This document shows, one piece after another, positions 46,997 to 55,566 of a stretch of DNA of 60,485 nucleotides (position 1 is its first letter; each line of letters begins with the position of its first letter). The notes beneath the pieces are model-generated. The model worked only from the letters and a program-made list of their open reading frames with translations, was not told the origin of the DNA and did not search any database. This stretch comes from an uncultured Alistipes sp. (lineage in GTDB: Bacteria > Bacillota > Clostridia > Lachnospirales > Lachnospiraceae), in the NCBI GenBank assembly GCA_964403785.1, contig CAYOHM010000001.1, forward strand, positions 1-60,485. Direction: 5' to 3'. Position numbers and translations under genes: made by a program.

Positions 46997-49900
46997 ATGG
47001 AACAAGATTCGATTATTTCCACCAAAGCAAATACCTTATATGCACTTTCCAAGATACTTACACGTTCCAAAATCGAGGAAATGTTCATCCTTTATATCGG
47101 TGACTACGAAAAGGACAAGCTTTTGGTATGTCATCAGATAATGGACAAATTCCGCGGCACACGAATCGTTGTAAGAAGCTCTTATTCCAACGAGGATTCC
47201 ATGCAGCGTTCAAATGCAGGAAGATACAAGAGTATTCTTGACGTTGATTCGTCCAATGACGAGCAGATTATGAACTCGATTGAGGAGGTAATCCGTTCCT
47301 ACCGTAAGGACAGCTCCGAAAGCAATGAAAGCTTTGAATATGAGCAGGTGCTTATACAGCGCCAGTCAGAGGACGTTGTTATAAGCGGCGTGCTTTTTTC
47401 AAGGGACATACATGGAAACCGCCCATATTACCTGATAAACTATGATGATAACGGTTCTACCGATTCCGTAACAAGCGGTCAGGGCGGTTCTTCACTATGG
47501 ATTGCAAGGGACTGTGTTCCTTCCAGCCTTCCAAGTCCGTGGCAGGAGCTTATTCTGTCCGTTCAGGAGGCTGAATCAATTCTTGACGGGCTTACCATTG
47601 ATGTGGAATTTGCCATAAACAGCCGAAACGAAATTACGCTTTTCCAGATAAGACCTCTGGTTGCGTCAATCCGTCAGGAGCGCAATATGGAGGATGCTGC
47701 CTACTTTTCTCTTAAGAAGAAGCTTAAAGAGCAGTATTTAACCTATGAAAACAAGCTTGACCACTGTCCTATGATGTTCTCCGATATGGCCTTCTGGAAT
47801 CCTTCGGAAATAATCGGTGCCAATCCTCATCCGCTTGATTATTCACTCTATCTCAAGATTCTTACCAGTCATGCGTGGAATGAAGGAATCAGGGTTCTGG
47901 GTTACCGCACCGTAAATGAGGACCTTATGTATCAGCTTGGCAACAAGCCATATATAAGTCTGGATTACTCATTTTATTCACTGATTCCGTCAGACCTGCC
48001 CGAATACCTCGTGCATAAATTAGTGGCTCTCTACAAAAAAAGACTGACTGACAACCCTACGTCACATGATAAAATCGAGTTTGAAATAATATATAATACA
48101 TATGATTTCTGTACGGATAAAAATACCCTTTCGCTTCTTAACGAAGGCTGGAGTAATGATGAACGCAATATATTAATCAACTCTCTGCGCAAATTAACCA
48201 TCCATACGATATCAAACCAACGCGAATATATCAGGGATGACCTTGACAGCCTGCATAAGCTCGAGCTTATGCGCTTAAGAAGCGAGGAGGCATTTCAAAA
48301 GGAAATTTCTGCAGGTGAGCTTGTAAATGAGATTTCCAGACTAATTGACGGAATATGCTACTACGGCACACCACAGTTTGCAAGACAGGCAAGAATTGCT
48401 TTTATGTCAAGGGCATTCTGCCGTTCACTTGTAGAGAGCAGCCATTTTACGGAGGATGAAATGGACTCCTTTATGAGTGGTGTAACCACCGTGTCCTCAG
48501 AGTTTGAGCATGACTTTAAAAGCTTCACCAACGGACAGCTTTCCAAGAAGGAATTTGACAAAAAATACGGACATTTAAGAAGCGGTACCTATGATATACT
48601 GAGCGACTGCTACGCCGATATGAATTTCAGGTCAATGGCCGGCAAACATCCGGCTTGTGCAGATGAACACCATATTTCAAGTACACTCAATTACGAGAGG
48701 CTTCAGGCTGCGCTTACCGATTCCTGTCTGCCCTTTGACGCCATATATTTTTGCCAGTTTCTTAAAATGGCAATTGAGCAGCGTGAATTTTTTAAATTTG
48801 AATTTACCCGTTCATTAAGTCTTGTTCTTGAAATGATAAAAAAACTCGGCACGCTTATAGACATAAAACGTCAGGATTTATGCTGGCTCACCATAGATGA
48901 TATTTTAAAGCTGCGCGGCAAGGTAAATGAGCTGTCAGCAGATAATGATTTGGAGAAATTAATTGCAAAGCGAAAGGAGCTTCACAAACAGCAGACTTCA
49001 CTTATACTTCCGGATGTCATCACCGGACCCATAAGTCTTGATATGATATTTGTCTATGAAGCACGCCCTAATTTCATCACTTCCAAGGTGATTGAAGGCG
49101 AAGTGGTAAACCTTGAGGAGGAGCCTCTTGCAGATATTTCCGGCAAAATAGTTGCCGTAACCAAGGCAGACCCCGGGTTTGAGTGGATATTCGCCAAGGG
49201 TATAAAGGGCTTCATCACCAAATACGGCGGTGCAGCCTCCCACATGGCAATCAGATGCGCAGAATTTGAAATTCCTGCTGCAATCGGCTGCGGTGAAAAA
49301 ATATACTCACAGGTTTCGAAGATGTCCTACATTGAGCTCGACTGCAACAATGGTAAAATCTCCGAAGGTATCCAGTACTCCGACCTGCACGCTCTTATTA
49401 CACAGCGCGAGGGAACAAACCAGTACGGTGATTTTACGGATGTACTTGAATCTGCATACATAAGATTTTATGAGCTTATGGGCTTTATTCCAAAACCTGT
49501 TTCAAACCATACAAAAAACTTTGAAAAGCTCTTTGATGAACCGATTGACCTGCTTATAGTTGTCGGCGGCGGTGCCTTAAATCCGTCCCTTTATGACAGG
49601 CCTCACAATGAAGAGCTTCAGCCGCACAGAGATGTAACCGAGGAAAAGCTCATTCGCTACTGCATTGCCCATAAGATACCGATAATTGCTACCTGCCGCG
49701 GTATGCAGTATGTAAATGTACTTCTGGGCGGAAGGCTTCACTACCACCCACAGCTTAAGACTCCACACCCGCGAGGAGTTGACCATCCCGTGTACTTAAT
49801 AAACGAGAAGCGCACAATTATGGTCAATAACTACCACAATGACTGTATTTACACTGAGGACCTTGCACCTTGTCTTACGCCTTTTGCAGTTGATACGGAC

Positions 49901-50044
49901 AATAATGTTGTGGAAGCGTATGTTTCTGAGGAAATGAAAATCCTTGGGCTCCAATGGCATCCCGAAAGACCGTTTGAAACCTCTCTTGCATATGAAGAAA
50001 CACGAAAAATCATTATGAACTTTATGAATACCCACATAAAGTAA
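46997..50044 (+). CDS. Multidomain fusion: PPDK_N-type ATP-grasp, ~460 aa unassigned, PEP-utilising swivel phosphohistidine domain, C26/class-I glutamine-amidotransferase-like domain
   Basis: aa 1-225: STKANTLYAL..., VVRSSYSNEDS...NAGRYKS and LFQIRPL, which look PPDK/PpsA nucleotide-binding-like. aa ~690-790: ADPGFEWIF...KYGGAASHMAIRCAEFEIPAAIGCG, the swivel domain with His749. aa ~795-1015: PIIATCRGMQYVNVLLGG (Cys900) and LGLQWHPE (His988, Glu990). GGAGG lies 8 nt upstream of the ATG. Confidence 0.8.
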   Translation: MEQDSIISTKANTLYALSKILTRSKIEEMFILYIGDYEKDKLLVCHQIMDKFRGTRIVVRSSYSNEDSMQRSNAGRYKSILDVDSSNDEQIMNSIEEVIRSYRKDSSESNESFEYEQVLIQRQSEDVVISGVLFSRDIHGNRPYYLINYDDNGSTDSVTSGQGGSSLWIARDCVPSSLPSPWQELILSVQEAESILDGLTIDVEFAINSRNEITLFQIRPLVASIRQERNMEDAAYFSLKKKLKEQYLTYENKLDHCPMMFSDMAFWNPSEIIGANPHPLDYSLYLKILTSHAWNEGIRVLGYRTVNEDLMYQLGNKPYISLDYSFYSLIPSDLPEYLVHKLVALYKKRLTDNPTSHDKIEFEIIYNTYDFCTDKNTLSLLNEGWSNDERNILINSLRKLTIHTISNQREYIRDDLDSLHKLELMRLRSEEAFQKEISAGELVNEISRLIDGICYYGTPQFARQARIAFMSRAFCRSLVESSHFTEDEMDSFMSGVTTVSSEFEHDFKSFTNGQLSKKEFDKKYGHLRSGTYDILSDCYADMNFRSMAGKHPACADEHHISSTLNYERLQAALTDSCLPFDAIYFCQFLKMAIEQREFFKFEFTRSLSLVLEMIKKLGTLIDIKRQDLCWLTIDDILKLRGKVNELSADNDLEKLIAKRKELHKQQTSLILPDVITGPISLDMIFVYEARPNFITSKVIEGEVVNLEEEPLADISGKIVAVTKADPGFEWIFAKGIKGFITKYGGAASHMAIRCAEFEIPAAIGCGEKIYSQVSKMSYIELDCNNGKISEGIQYSDLHALITQREGTNQYGDFTDVLESAYIRFYELMGFIPKPVSNHTKNFEKLFDEPIDLLIVVGGGALNPSLYDRPHNEELQPHRDVTEEKLIRYCIAHKIPIIATCRGMQYVNVLLGGRLHYHPQLKTPHPRGVDHPVYLINEKRTIMVNNYHNDCIYTEDLAPCLTPFAVDTDNNVVEAYVSEEMKILGLQWHPERPFETSLAYEETRKIIMNFMNTHIK

Positions 50045-50134
50045 ATAATCCGGCTTATTTACTAAAAACTTGACGCACCTTACATATTATGGTACTTTTA
50101 TAAACATCTAAACTTAAATAGAGAGGAAAAACAA

Positions 50135-51682
50135 ATGACATCATCATCTATCGGAATCCTGGTCATCATTGCTTTATATCTTATAATGATGGTTGCCATC
50201 GGTATTTTATTTTCAAAGACAAACAACGATACCGGTGATTATTATCTGGGCGGCAGGAAGCTCGGTCCCTTTGTAACAGCTATGAGTGCTGAAGCTTCTG
50301 ACATGAGCAGCTGGCTTCTTATGGGTCTTCCCGGCGTTGCATACCTCACCGGCCTGTCGGATGCAGTGTGGACCGCTGTCGGACTTGCAATCGGTACATA
50401 TTGTAACTGGCTCATTGTAGCAAAACGTTTAAGGAAATATTCAGTTAAGGCAAATAACGCCATTACCATTCCTGAATTTTTTTCAAACAGATATCACGAT
50501 AAGAGCAAATCACTTCTTGCGATTTCTGCCATATTCATCGTAATATTCTTCATACCATATACAGCTTCGGGCTTTGCTGCATGCGGCAAGCTTTTCTCCA
50601 CACTTTTCGGCATTTCCTATATGAAAGCAATGCTTATAAGTGCAATAGTTATCGTGGCTTATACGGCTCTTGGAGGGTTTCTGGCTGCCAGTACAACCGA
50701 CCTTATTCAGAGTATAGTTATGTCACTTGCTCTTTTGATTGTTGTTGTATTTGGTATCTCAGAGGCAGGCGGTGTCAGTGCAGTTATCGATAACGGCAAA
50801 TCACTTGCAGGCTACTTATCGCTTACAAGTATACACAATGTAACTACGAACAGCTCATCACCTTACGGCTTTATTACGATAATCTCCACCCTTGCCTGGG
50901 GACTTGGTTACTTCGGAATGCCCCATATCCTGCTTCGTTTTATGGCTATTAAGGACGAGAAAAAGCTGACACTTTCAAGAAGGATTGCTACAATCTGGGT
51001 AATAATTTCAATGGGAGTTGCTATTTTCATCGGTGTTATCGGCAACCAGTTAAGCAGTATAGGTATTATCGACAAATTTACAACCTCCTCAGATTCAGAA
51101 AAGATTCTCATAAAGCTCGCAGAGCTTTTGAGTAAGTCAGGTATTTTGGGAATCATATTTGCAGGTATAATTCTTGCAGGAATTCTTGCATGTACGATGT
51201 CGACGGCTGATTCACAGCTTCTTGCCGCATCTTCAAGTATTTCCCAGAACCTCCTCAGAGATGTTTTCGGATTTAAGCTCTCAGATAAGGCAAGCATACG
51301 GGCAGCAAGAGTTACTGTTATCGCCATTGCAGTCATCTCCGTATTCCTTGCATCAAACCCTGACAGCTCAGTATTTTCAATTGTTTCGTTTGCATGGGCA
51401 GGATTTGGTGCAGTGTTTGGTCCGATTATGCTGTTTTCATTGTTCTGGAAACGCACGAATAAAAATGGTGCACTTGCCGGAATGATTTCAGGCGGTGTAA
51501 TGGTTTTTGTCTGGAAATACTGCATAAGACCTCTTGGCGGTGCATGGGATATTTATGAATTGCTTCCGGCATTTATTGTATCATGTATATTCATCATTGC
51601 TGTAAGTCTTCTTACAAAGGCTCCTTGTGAAGCTATCATTAAGGAATTTGAGGAAGTAGACGCTGAATGTAAATTAAACTAA
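50135..51682 (+). CDS. putP: Sodium/proline symporter (SSS family)
   Basis: DYYLGGRKLGPFVTAMSAEASDMSSWLLMGLPG... The protein has about 13 TM helices and is 515 aa. Confidence 0.88.
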   Translation: MTSSSIGILVIIALYLIMMVAIGILFSKTNNDTGDYYLGGRKLGPFVTAMSAEASDMSSWLLMGLPGVAYLTGLSDAVWTAVGLAIGTYCNWLIVAKRLRKYSVKANNAITIPEFFSNRYHDKSKSLLAISAIFIVIFFIPYTASGFAACGKLFSTLFGISYMKAMLISAIVIVAYTALGGFLAASTTDLIQSIVMSLALLIVVVFGISEAGGVSAVIDNGKSLAGYLSLTSIHNVTTNSSSPYGFITIISTLAWGLGYFGMPHILLRFMAIKDEKKLTLSRRIATIWVIISMGVAIFIGVIGNQLSSIGIIDKFTTSSDSEKILIKLAELLSKSGILGIIFAGIILAGILACTMSTADSQLLAASSSISQNLLRDVFGFKLSDKASIRAARVTVIAIAVISVFLASNPDSSVFSIVSFAWAGFGAVFGPIMLFSLFWKRTNKNGALAGMISGGVMVFVWKYCIRPLGGAWDIYELLPAFIVSCIFIIAVSLLTKAPCEAIIKEFEEVDAECKLN

Positions 51683-51687
51683 ATTAA

Positions 51688-51724
51688 GAAACGCCCGACT
51701 GTGTCGGGCGTCTTTTTATTTTAT
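51688..51724 (+). terminator. Rho-independent terminator after putP
   Basis: ACGCCCGAC-TGT-GTCGGGCGT (51691-51711) followed by CTTTTTATTTT. Confidence 0.9.
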
Positions 51725-51732
51725 GAAATTTA

Positions 51733-51963
51733 CTAATCATCAAACTCAACGGTGACATAAAAGCCCCTGTCATTTCGTATAATATCCTTTACCGTACCTT
51801 CAAACACTGTTAATCTCTCATTATTCTTGTAATTTTTGCTCATTGCAAGCGCAGGATTTATGGTGTAATAATAGGAGCTTGGCAGGACGCCTTCACTCAC
51901 GGTTACTTTATCGCCCACATTCAGCAGATTCTCTCTCTCCATTTTAAATTCCATCTCACGCAT
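51733..51963 (-). CDS. Small hypothetical protein (76 aa or shorter)
   Basis: The ORF starts 22 nt downstream of the M15/Ldt gene and looks beta-rich (GDKVTVSEGVL..., RLTVFEGTVKDI..., GFYVTVEFDD). I do not recognise the family, and the start codon is uncertain. Confidence 0.45.
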   Translation of the reverse strand: MREMEFKMERENLLNVGDKVTVSEGVLPSSYYYTINPALAMSKNYKNNERLTVFEGTVKDIIRNDRGFYVTVEFDD

Positions 51964-51985
51964 AATACATACCTCAGTTCAGATA

Positions 51986-53359
51986 TTAATAGTTCATTAT
52001 CTCATCGTTTGTTCCTATGATGATTTTGCAGTCCTTGTGTATATTATTAAGAACCTTTATCATCATATCCTCCGAAATGGCAATGCATCCGGCAGTATAA
52101 TCACCCGATGCCACGTGGAGAAATATCGCTGAGCCCTTCATAGGAACACAATCCGAATTATAATCCAAAGCAAGCACATAGTTATACATTGGAGCATTGT
52201 CTATTATATGCTCCGCTGAATTCCATGCAAGCCCTGTTTCATTAGTTGTAACAAACTTATTATAATACTCGGAATCTGAATCATCAACCCAGTAGTAACT
52301 GTCATCAACCTTGGTATATGTATATCTGGTACCCGGATTTGACTTAATTCCAAATGCTGTTGTAAAACTGTATATTCCCTTCGGAGTTATCATTTCTCCC
52401 TCACTTGCCGTACCGATTCCGTATTTTGCGACAAGTGCCTGTGTTGAAAACAATTCCCTCCATACTCCGTCTGCATCCTTTACATGCATTGATAATTCAC
52501 CCGTAGTCTCGCCCTCTGCTGCCTCTACTATTATGAGCTGTCCCGCATCGGACGCCACATTTAACTTACTCACATAATCATATGGCAGCTCACCGGTTAA
52601 ATTCTCGTCAAAAGGAGGTACAAAGTCATCATCTCCACCATAGCTGTCATTATCAGTAAAATCCCACCATTCACCTTTATATCCGGTAAAACCGTATTCC
52701 TTCATCACATCCTCAAGAAGCTGTGCATTCGCCGCCGCTTCATCATCACAGTCACTGTAATCCCTGTCTGCGAGTGTCGAAAAAGAGTCAAATTCCGTTG
52801 GCATATGCACCTCATCACCATTTAAGTCCACCAACGTGATATCCATTGTAAGTCCTGTATTATGCCCTGCCACTCCCTTTGCCGGATTGGCAACATAAAC
52901 TGCATTGGGGTATACCTCCCAAAGTCTTACCTGTGCCTCATAAGGTCTGTAAGCATCCCATATCTTCAGTCCATAACCCATTGAATTTAATTTTTCCTGA
53001 ACCTTCACAAGCTTCTTTACAGTTCCGCACCGCAGATACGCCTCACTGAAGTCATATATTCTTTCACCGGTAAAATTATTGGCCGTTGCGTATCTTAAAT
53101 CCACCACAAGGTTCGGAATATAATCCTTAAGGCGCACGAAATCCCCGTCATCAATATCCTCAAGCGGAATGATTTCAGTCTGAACTATCTGGGCAGTGCT
53201 CTCCGTATTTACGGCAGTTGCACTTTCCGATGCCTGTATTGAGTCTTCTGTGGCTTCTGTTATAGATATTGTCGGAAGTTCCTCTGTGTTTTCTGAGCAG
53301 CCGCACAAAAACATCGTCATTAAAACCCCTGATATAAATGTTTTATATAATTTATTCAT
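51986..53359 (-). CDS. Exported lipoprotein fusing a VanX/DdpX-type M15 D-Ala-D-Ala dipeptidase-like domain to a YkuD-type L,D-transpeptidase domain
   Basis: Signal peptide and lipobox-like MTMFLCGCS. M15D motifs DLRYATANNFTG, WDAYRPY and GHNTGLTMD (H166, D173), plus GEWWDF where VanX has EWWH. Ldt motif SAIFLHVASGDYTAGCIAI (H415, C425). Confidence 0.8.
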   Translation of the reverse strand: MNKLYKTFISGVLMTMFLCGCSENTEELPTISITEATEDSIQASESATAVNTESTAQIVQTEIIPLEDIDDGDFVRLKDYIPNLVVDLRYATANNFTGERIYDFSEAYLRCGTVKKLVKVQEKLNSMGYGLKIWDAYRPYEAQVRLWEVYPNAVYVANPAKGVAGHNTGLTMDITLVDLNGDEVHMPTEFDSFSTLADRDYSDCDDEAAANAQLLEDVMKEYGFTGYKGEWWDFTDNDSYGGDDDFVPPFDENLTGELPYDYVSKLNVASDAGQLIIVEAAEGETTGELSMHVKDADGVWRELFSTQALVAKYGIGTASEGEMITPKGIYSFTTAFGIKSNPGTRYTYTKVDDSYYWVDDSDSEYYNKFVTTNETGLAWNSAEHIIDNAPMYNYVLALDYNSDCVPMKGSAIFLHVASGDYTAGCIAISEDMMIKVLNNIHKDCKIIIGTNDEIMNY

Positions 53360-53628
53360 AACTGCTCCCTATTATTTTTCGCTAATTGAATTATATTTGC
53401 AATATTGCTCATTACATGCTCATAGCCGCCTTTTATATGTGGCTTTGAACAATTCATACAGCTCTTTACGCCGCTTTGCGTATATACAAAGTCGCCCCCG
53501 CATTTATCTCCCAGGGTATACAGCGGACAATAGCAAAAAAGACAGTTAAATTCTCCTTCATCCGATATTTTATGACATGGAAAATATTCGCACATTCTGT
53601 TTTGAATAAATTTATAATTATCCATCAA
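53356..53628 (-). CDS. Cysteine-rich small domain protein (PF04071-like)
   Basis: 90 aa with 9 Cys in the pattern CEYFPCH...CLFCYCPLY...C...CMNC. Its stop overlaps the start of the M15/Ldt gene (ATGA). Confidence 0.7.
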   Translation of the reverse strand: MMDNYKFIQNRMCEYFPCHKISDEGEFNCLFCYCPLYTLGDKCGGDFVYTQSGVKSCMNCSKPHIKGGYEHVMSNIANIIQLAKNNREQL

Positions 53629-53763
53629 TTACCACCCCGCCTTAGTTTCGCAATCACTTAATAAATATAGTTATAGTTATCTTGAAAAAAAATACTTTTT
53701 ACTGTATAATTATCTCATATATTTTTATAAGAATCAATTTTATTCATGAAAGGATTTATACAT

Positions 53764-54684
53764 ATGCGACTAATTACACGTTCAGATTTTGATGGTCTTG
53801 CATGCGGTGCTCTTCTTAAAGAAGCCGGAATCATTGATTCTTGGAAGTTTGCGCATCCTAAAGACCTTCAGGATGGTTTGGTTGAAATTGATGAAAATGA
53901 CTGTCTTGCCAATGTACCGTTTGTTGAGGGCTGCGGACTTTGGTTCGACCATCATTCAAGTGAGTTTGAAAGAAATCAGCTGGAGGGAAAATACAAAGGT
54001 GAAAGCCGTGTTACTCCTTCCTGTGCCAGAATCATATATGAGTACTATGGCGGAAAGGAACGTTTCCCACAGTTCGACGAAATGATGATTGCCGTTGATA
54101 AGGTTGATTCAGGGCATCTTACGATTGATGAGGTTATGAATCCGCAGGGATGGATTTTGATAGGTTTCCTTATGGACCCGAGAACAGGTCTTGGCCGTTG
54201 GAGACAGTTCACTATTTCCAATTATCAGTTAATGGAATTGCTTATGGATGCATGCCGTACAATGTCAACTCAGGAGATTCTTAACTTACCGGATGTCAAG
54301 GAAAGAATCGAGGTTTACAACGAGCAGACAGAAAAGTTCAAGGAAATGGTTACAAAGTACACACGTACCGAGGGTAACGTAATTATTTCCGACCTTCGTG
54401 GCGTTGACCCTATCTACACCGGTAATCGTTTTATGATTTACAGTATGTATCCTGAACAGAATATATCTGCATGGATTGTAAGCGGACGCGGCGGCAAGGG
54501 CTGTTCTGCGGCTGTCGGTTACAGTATTCTTAACAGAACATGCGATGTCAATGTCGGAAGTCTTATGCTCAAGTACAACGGAGGCGGTCACAAGGCAGTT
54601 GGCACATGCCAGTTCACTGACGAGAATATGGAAACAGACCTTCCAAAGATGCTTGCTGAGCTTTGCGAGTTGTCTAATAAATAA
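53764..54684 (+). CDS. DHH/DHHA1-family phosphoesterase (NrnA/exopolyphosphatase-related)
   Basis: Motif I SDFDGLACG, motif III WFDHHSS and DHHA1 GGGH (YNGGGHKAVG). AAAGGA lies upstream of the ATG at 53764. Confidence 0.7.
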   Translation: MRLITRSDFDGLACGALLKEAGIIDSWKFAHPKDLQDGLVEIDENDCLANVPFVEGCGLWFDHHSSEFERNQLEGKYKGESRVTPSCARIIYEYYGGKERFPQFDEMMIAVDKVDSGHLTIDEVMNPQGWILIGFLMDPRTGLGRWRQFTISNYQLMELLMDACRTMSTQEILNLPDVKERIEVYNEQTEKFKEMVTKYTRTEGNVIISDLRGVDPIYTGNRFMIYSMYPEQNISAWIVSGRGGKGCSAAVGYSILNRTCDVNVGSLMLKYNGGGHKAVGTCQFTDENMETDLPKMLAELCELSNK

Positions 54685-54726
54685 TTGTGAAGCAGACAAT
54701 CCTTATTTTTAGGGAGGATATTTGTG

Positions 54727-55512
54727 ATGGAATTTCGTCCATGCATAGATATACATAACGGCAAGGTCAAGCAGATTGTTGGCGGTTCACTGACGGACAG
54801 CGGGGCTGCAACCAATTTTGAGTCAGATTATGACGGTGCATATTATGCCCGTCTTTATGCAAAGCGCAAGCTCACCGGCGGTCACGTTATACTGCTCAAT
54901 CCCGCGTCATCCGAATACTATGAAGCGGATAAGCAGCAGGCATTGTCCGCCCTTAGTGCCACGCCCGGGCTTCTTCAGATTGGCGGCGGTATAAATGACT
55001 CAAATGCCAAAGAATTTATTGATGCCGGTGCATCCCATGTAATCGTCACCTCGTATGTATTTAAGGATGGCAAAATTAATTACGATAACATCAATAAGCT
55101 GGTATCCGCAGTCGGCAGGCAGCATATTGTATTTGACCTGAGCTGCCGTAGGAAGAATCAAAAATACTACATCGTTACCGACCGCTGGCAGAAATTTACT
55201 GATGTGGCAATAGACGATGCAGTTCTTGATGAATTTTCTTCATATTGTGATGAATTTCTTATTCATGCAGCGGATGTGGAGGGTAAATGTAACGGTATCG
55301 AGGAGGAATTGGTAAGAATTCTTGATTTGTGGCTTGCCTCCTCTGATAAGGATTTTGCCGTAACCTATGCGGGTGGTGTCGGAAGCTATGATGATATACG
55401 AACATTAAAACAGCTTTCACACAACAAAATCAACATTACCATTGGAAGTGCACTTAATCTTTTTGGCGGAGAGCTTGATTTTGACCGTATTCTTGATATT
55501 ATAAATGAATAA
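54727..55512 (+). CDS. hisA: ProFAR isomerase of the eukaryote-like His6 type (HisA)
   Basis: FRPCIDIHNGKVKQIVGGSL..., LQIGGGIND, VIVTSYVF and EFLIHAADVEGKCNGIEEEL parallel yeast His6 as I recall it. Confidence 0.85.
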   Translation: MEFRPCIDIHNGKVKQIVGGSLTDSGAATNFESDYDGAYYARLYAKRKLTGGHVILLNPASSEYYEADKQQALSALSATPGLLQIGGGINDSNAKEFIDAGASHVIVTSYVFKDGKINYDNINKLVSAVGRQHIVFDLSCRRKNQKYYIVTDRWQKFTDVAIDDAVLDEFSSYCDEFLIHAADVEGKCNGIEEELVRILDLWLASSDKDFAVTYAGGVGSYDDIRTLKQLSHNKINITIGSALNLFGGELDFDRILDIINE

Positions 55513-55514
55513 AT

Positions 55515-55550
55515 AACCGGTGTGCCGGGCAAACTGCCGACACACCGGTT
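55515..55550. terminator. Bidirectional terminator between the convergent hisA-like and fucO genes
   Basis: Perfect 10-bp stem AACCGGTGTG (55515-55524) pairing with CACACCGGTT (55541-55550), with AT-rich flanks. Confidence 0.7.
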
Positions 55551-55566
55551 ATATTTATGCCAGATT

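Noticed and set aside
50070-50098. Possible putP promoter: TTGACG, 17 nt, TACTTT with an upstream TG
   Set aside because: The -10 hexamer is weak, matching TATAAT at 3 of 6 positions. No terminator separates putP from the upstream fusion gene. I therefore cannot tell an independent promoter from co-transcription, and I have not listed it as a feature.
50908-51525. 205-aa minus-strand ORF
   Set aside because: It lies entirely antisense within putP, whose frame has clear SSS-family features. It has no independent signals.
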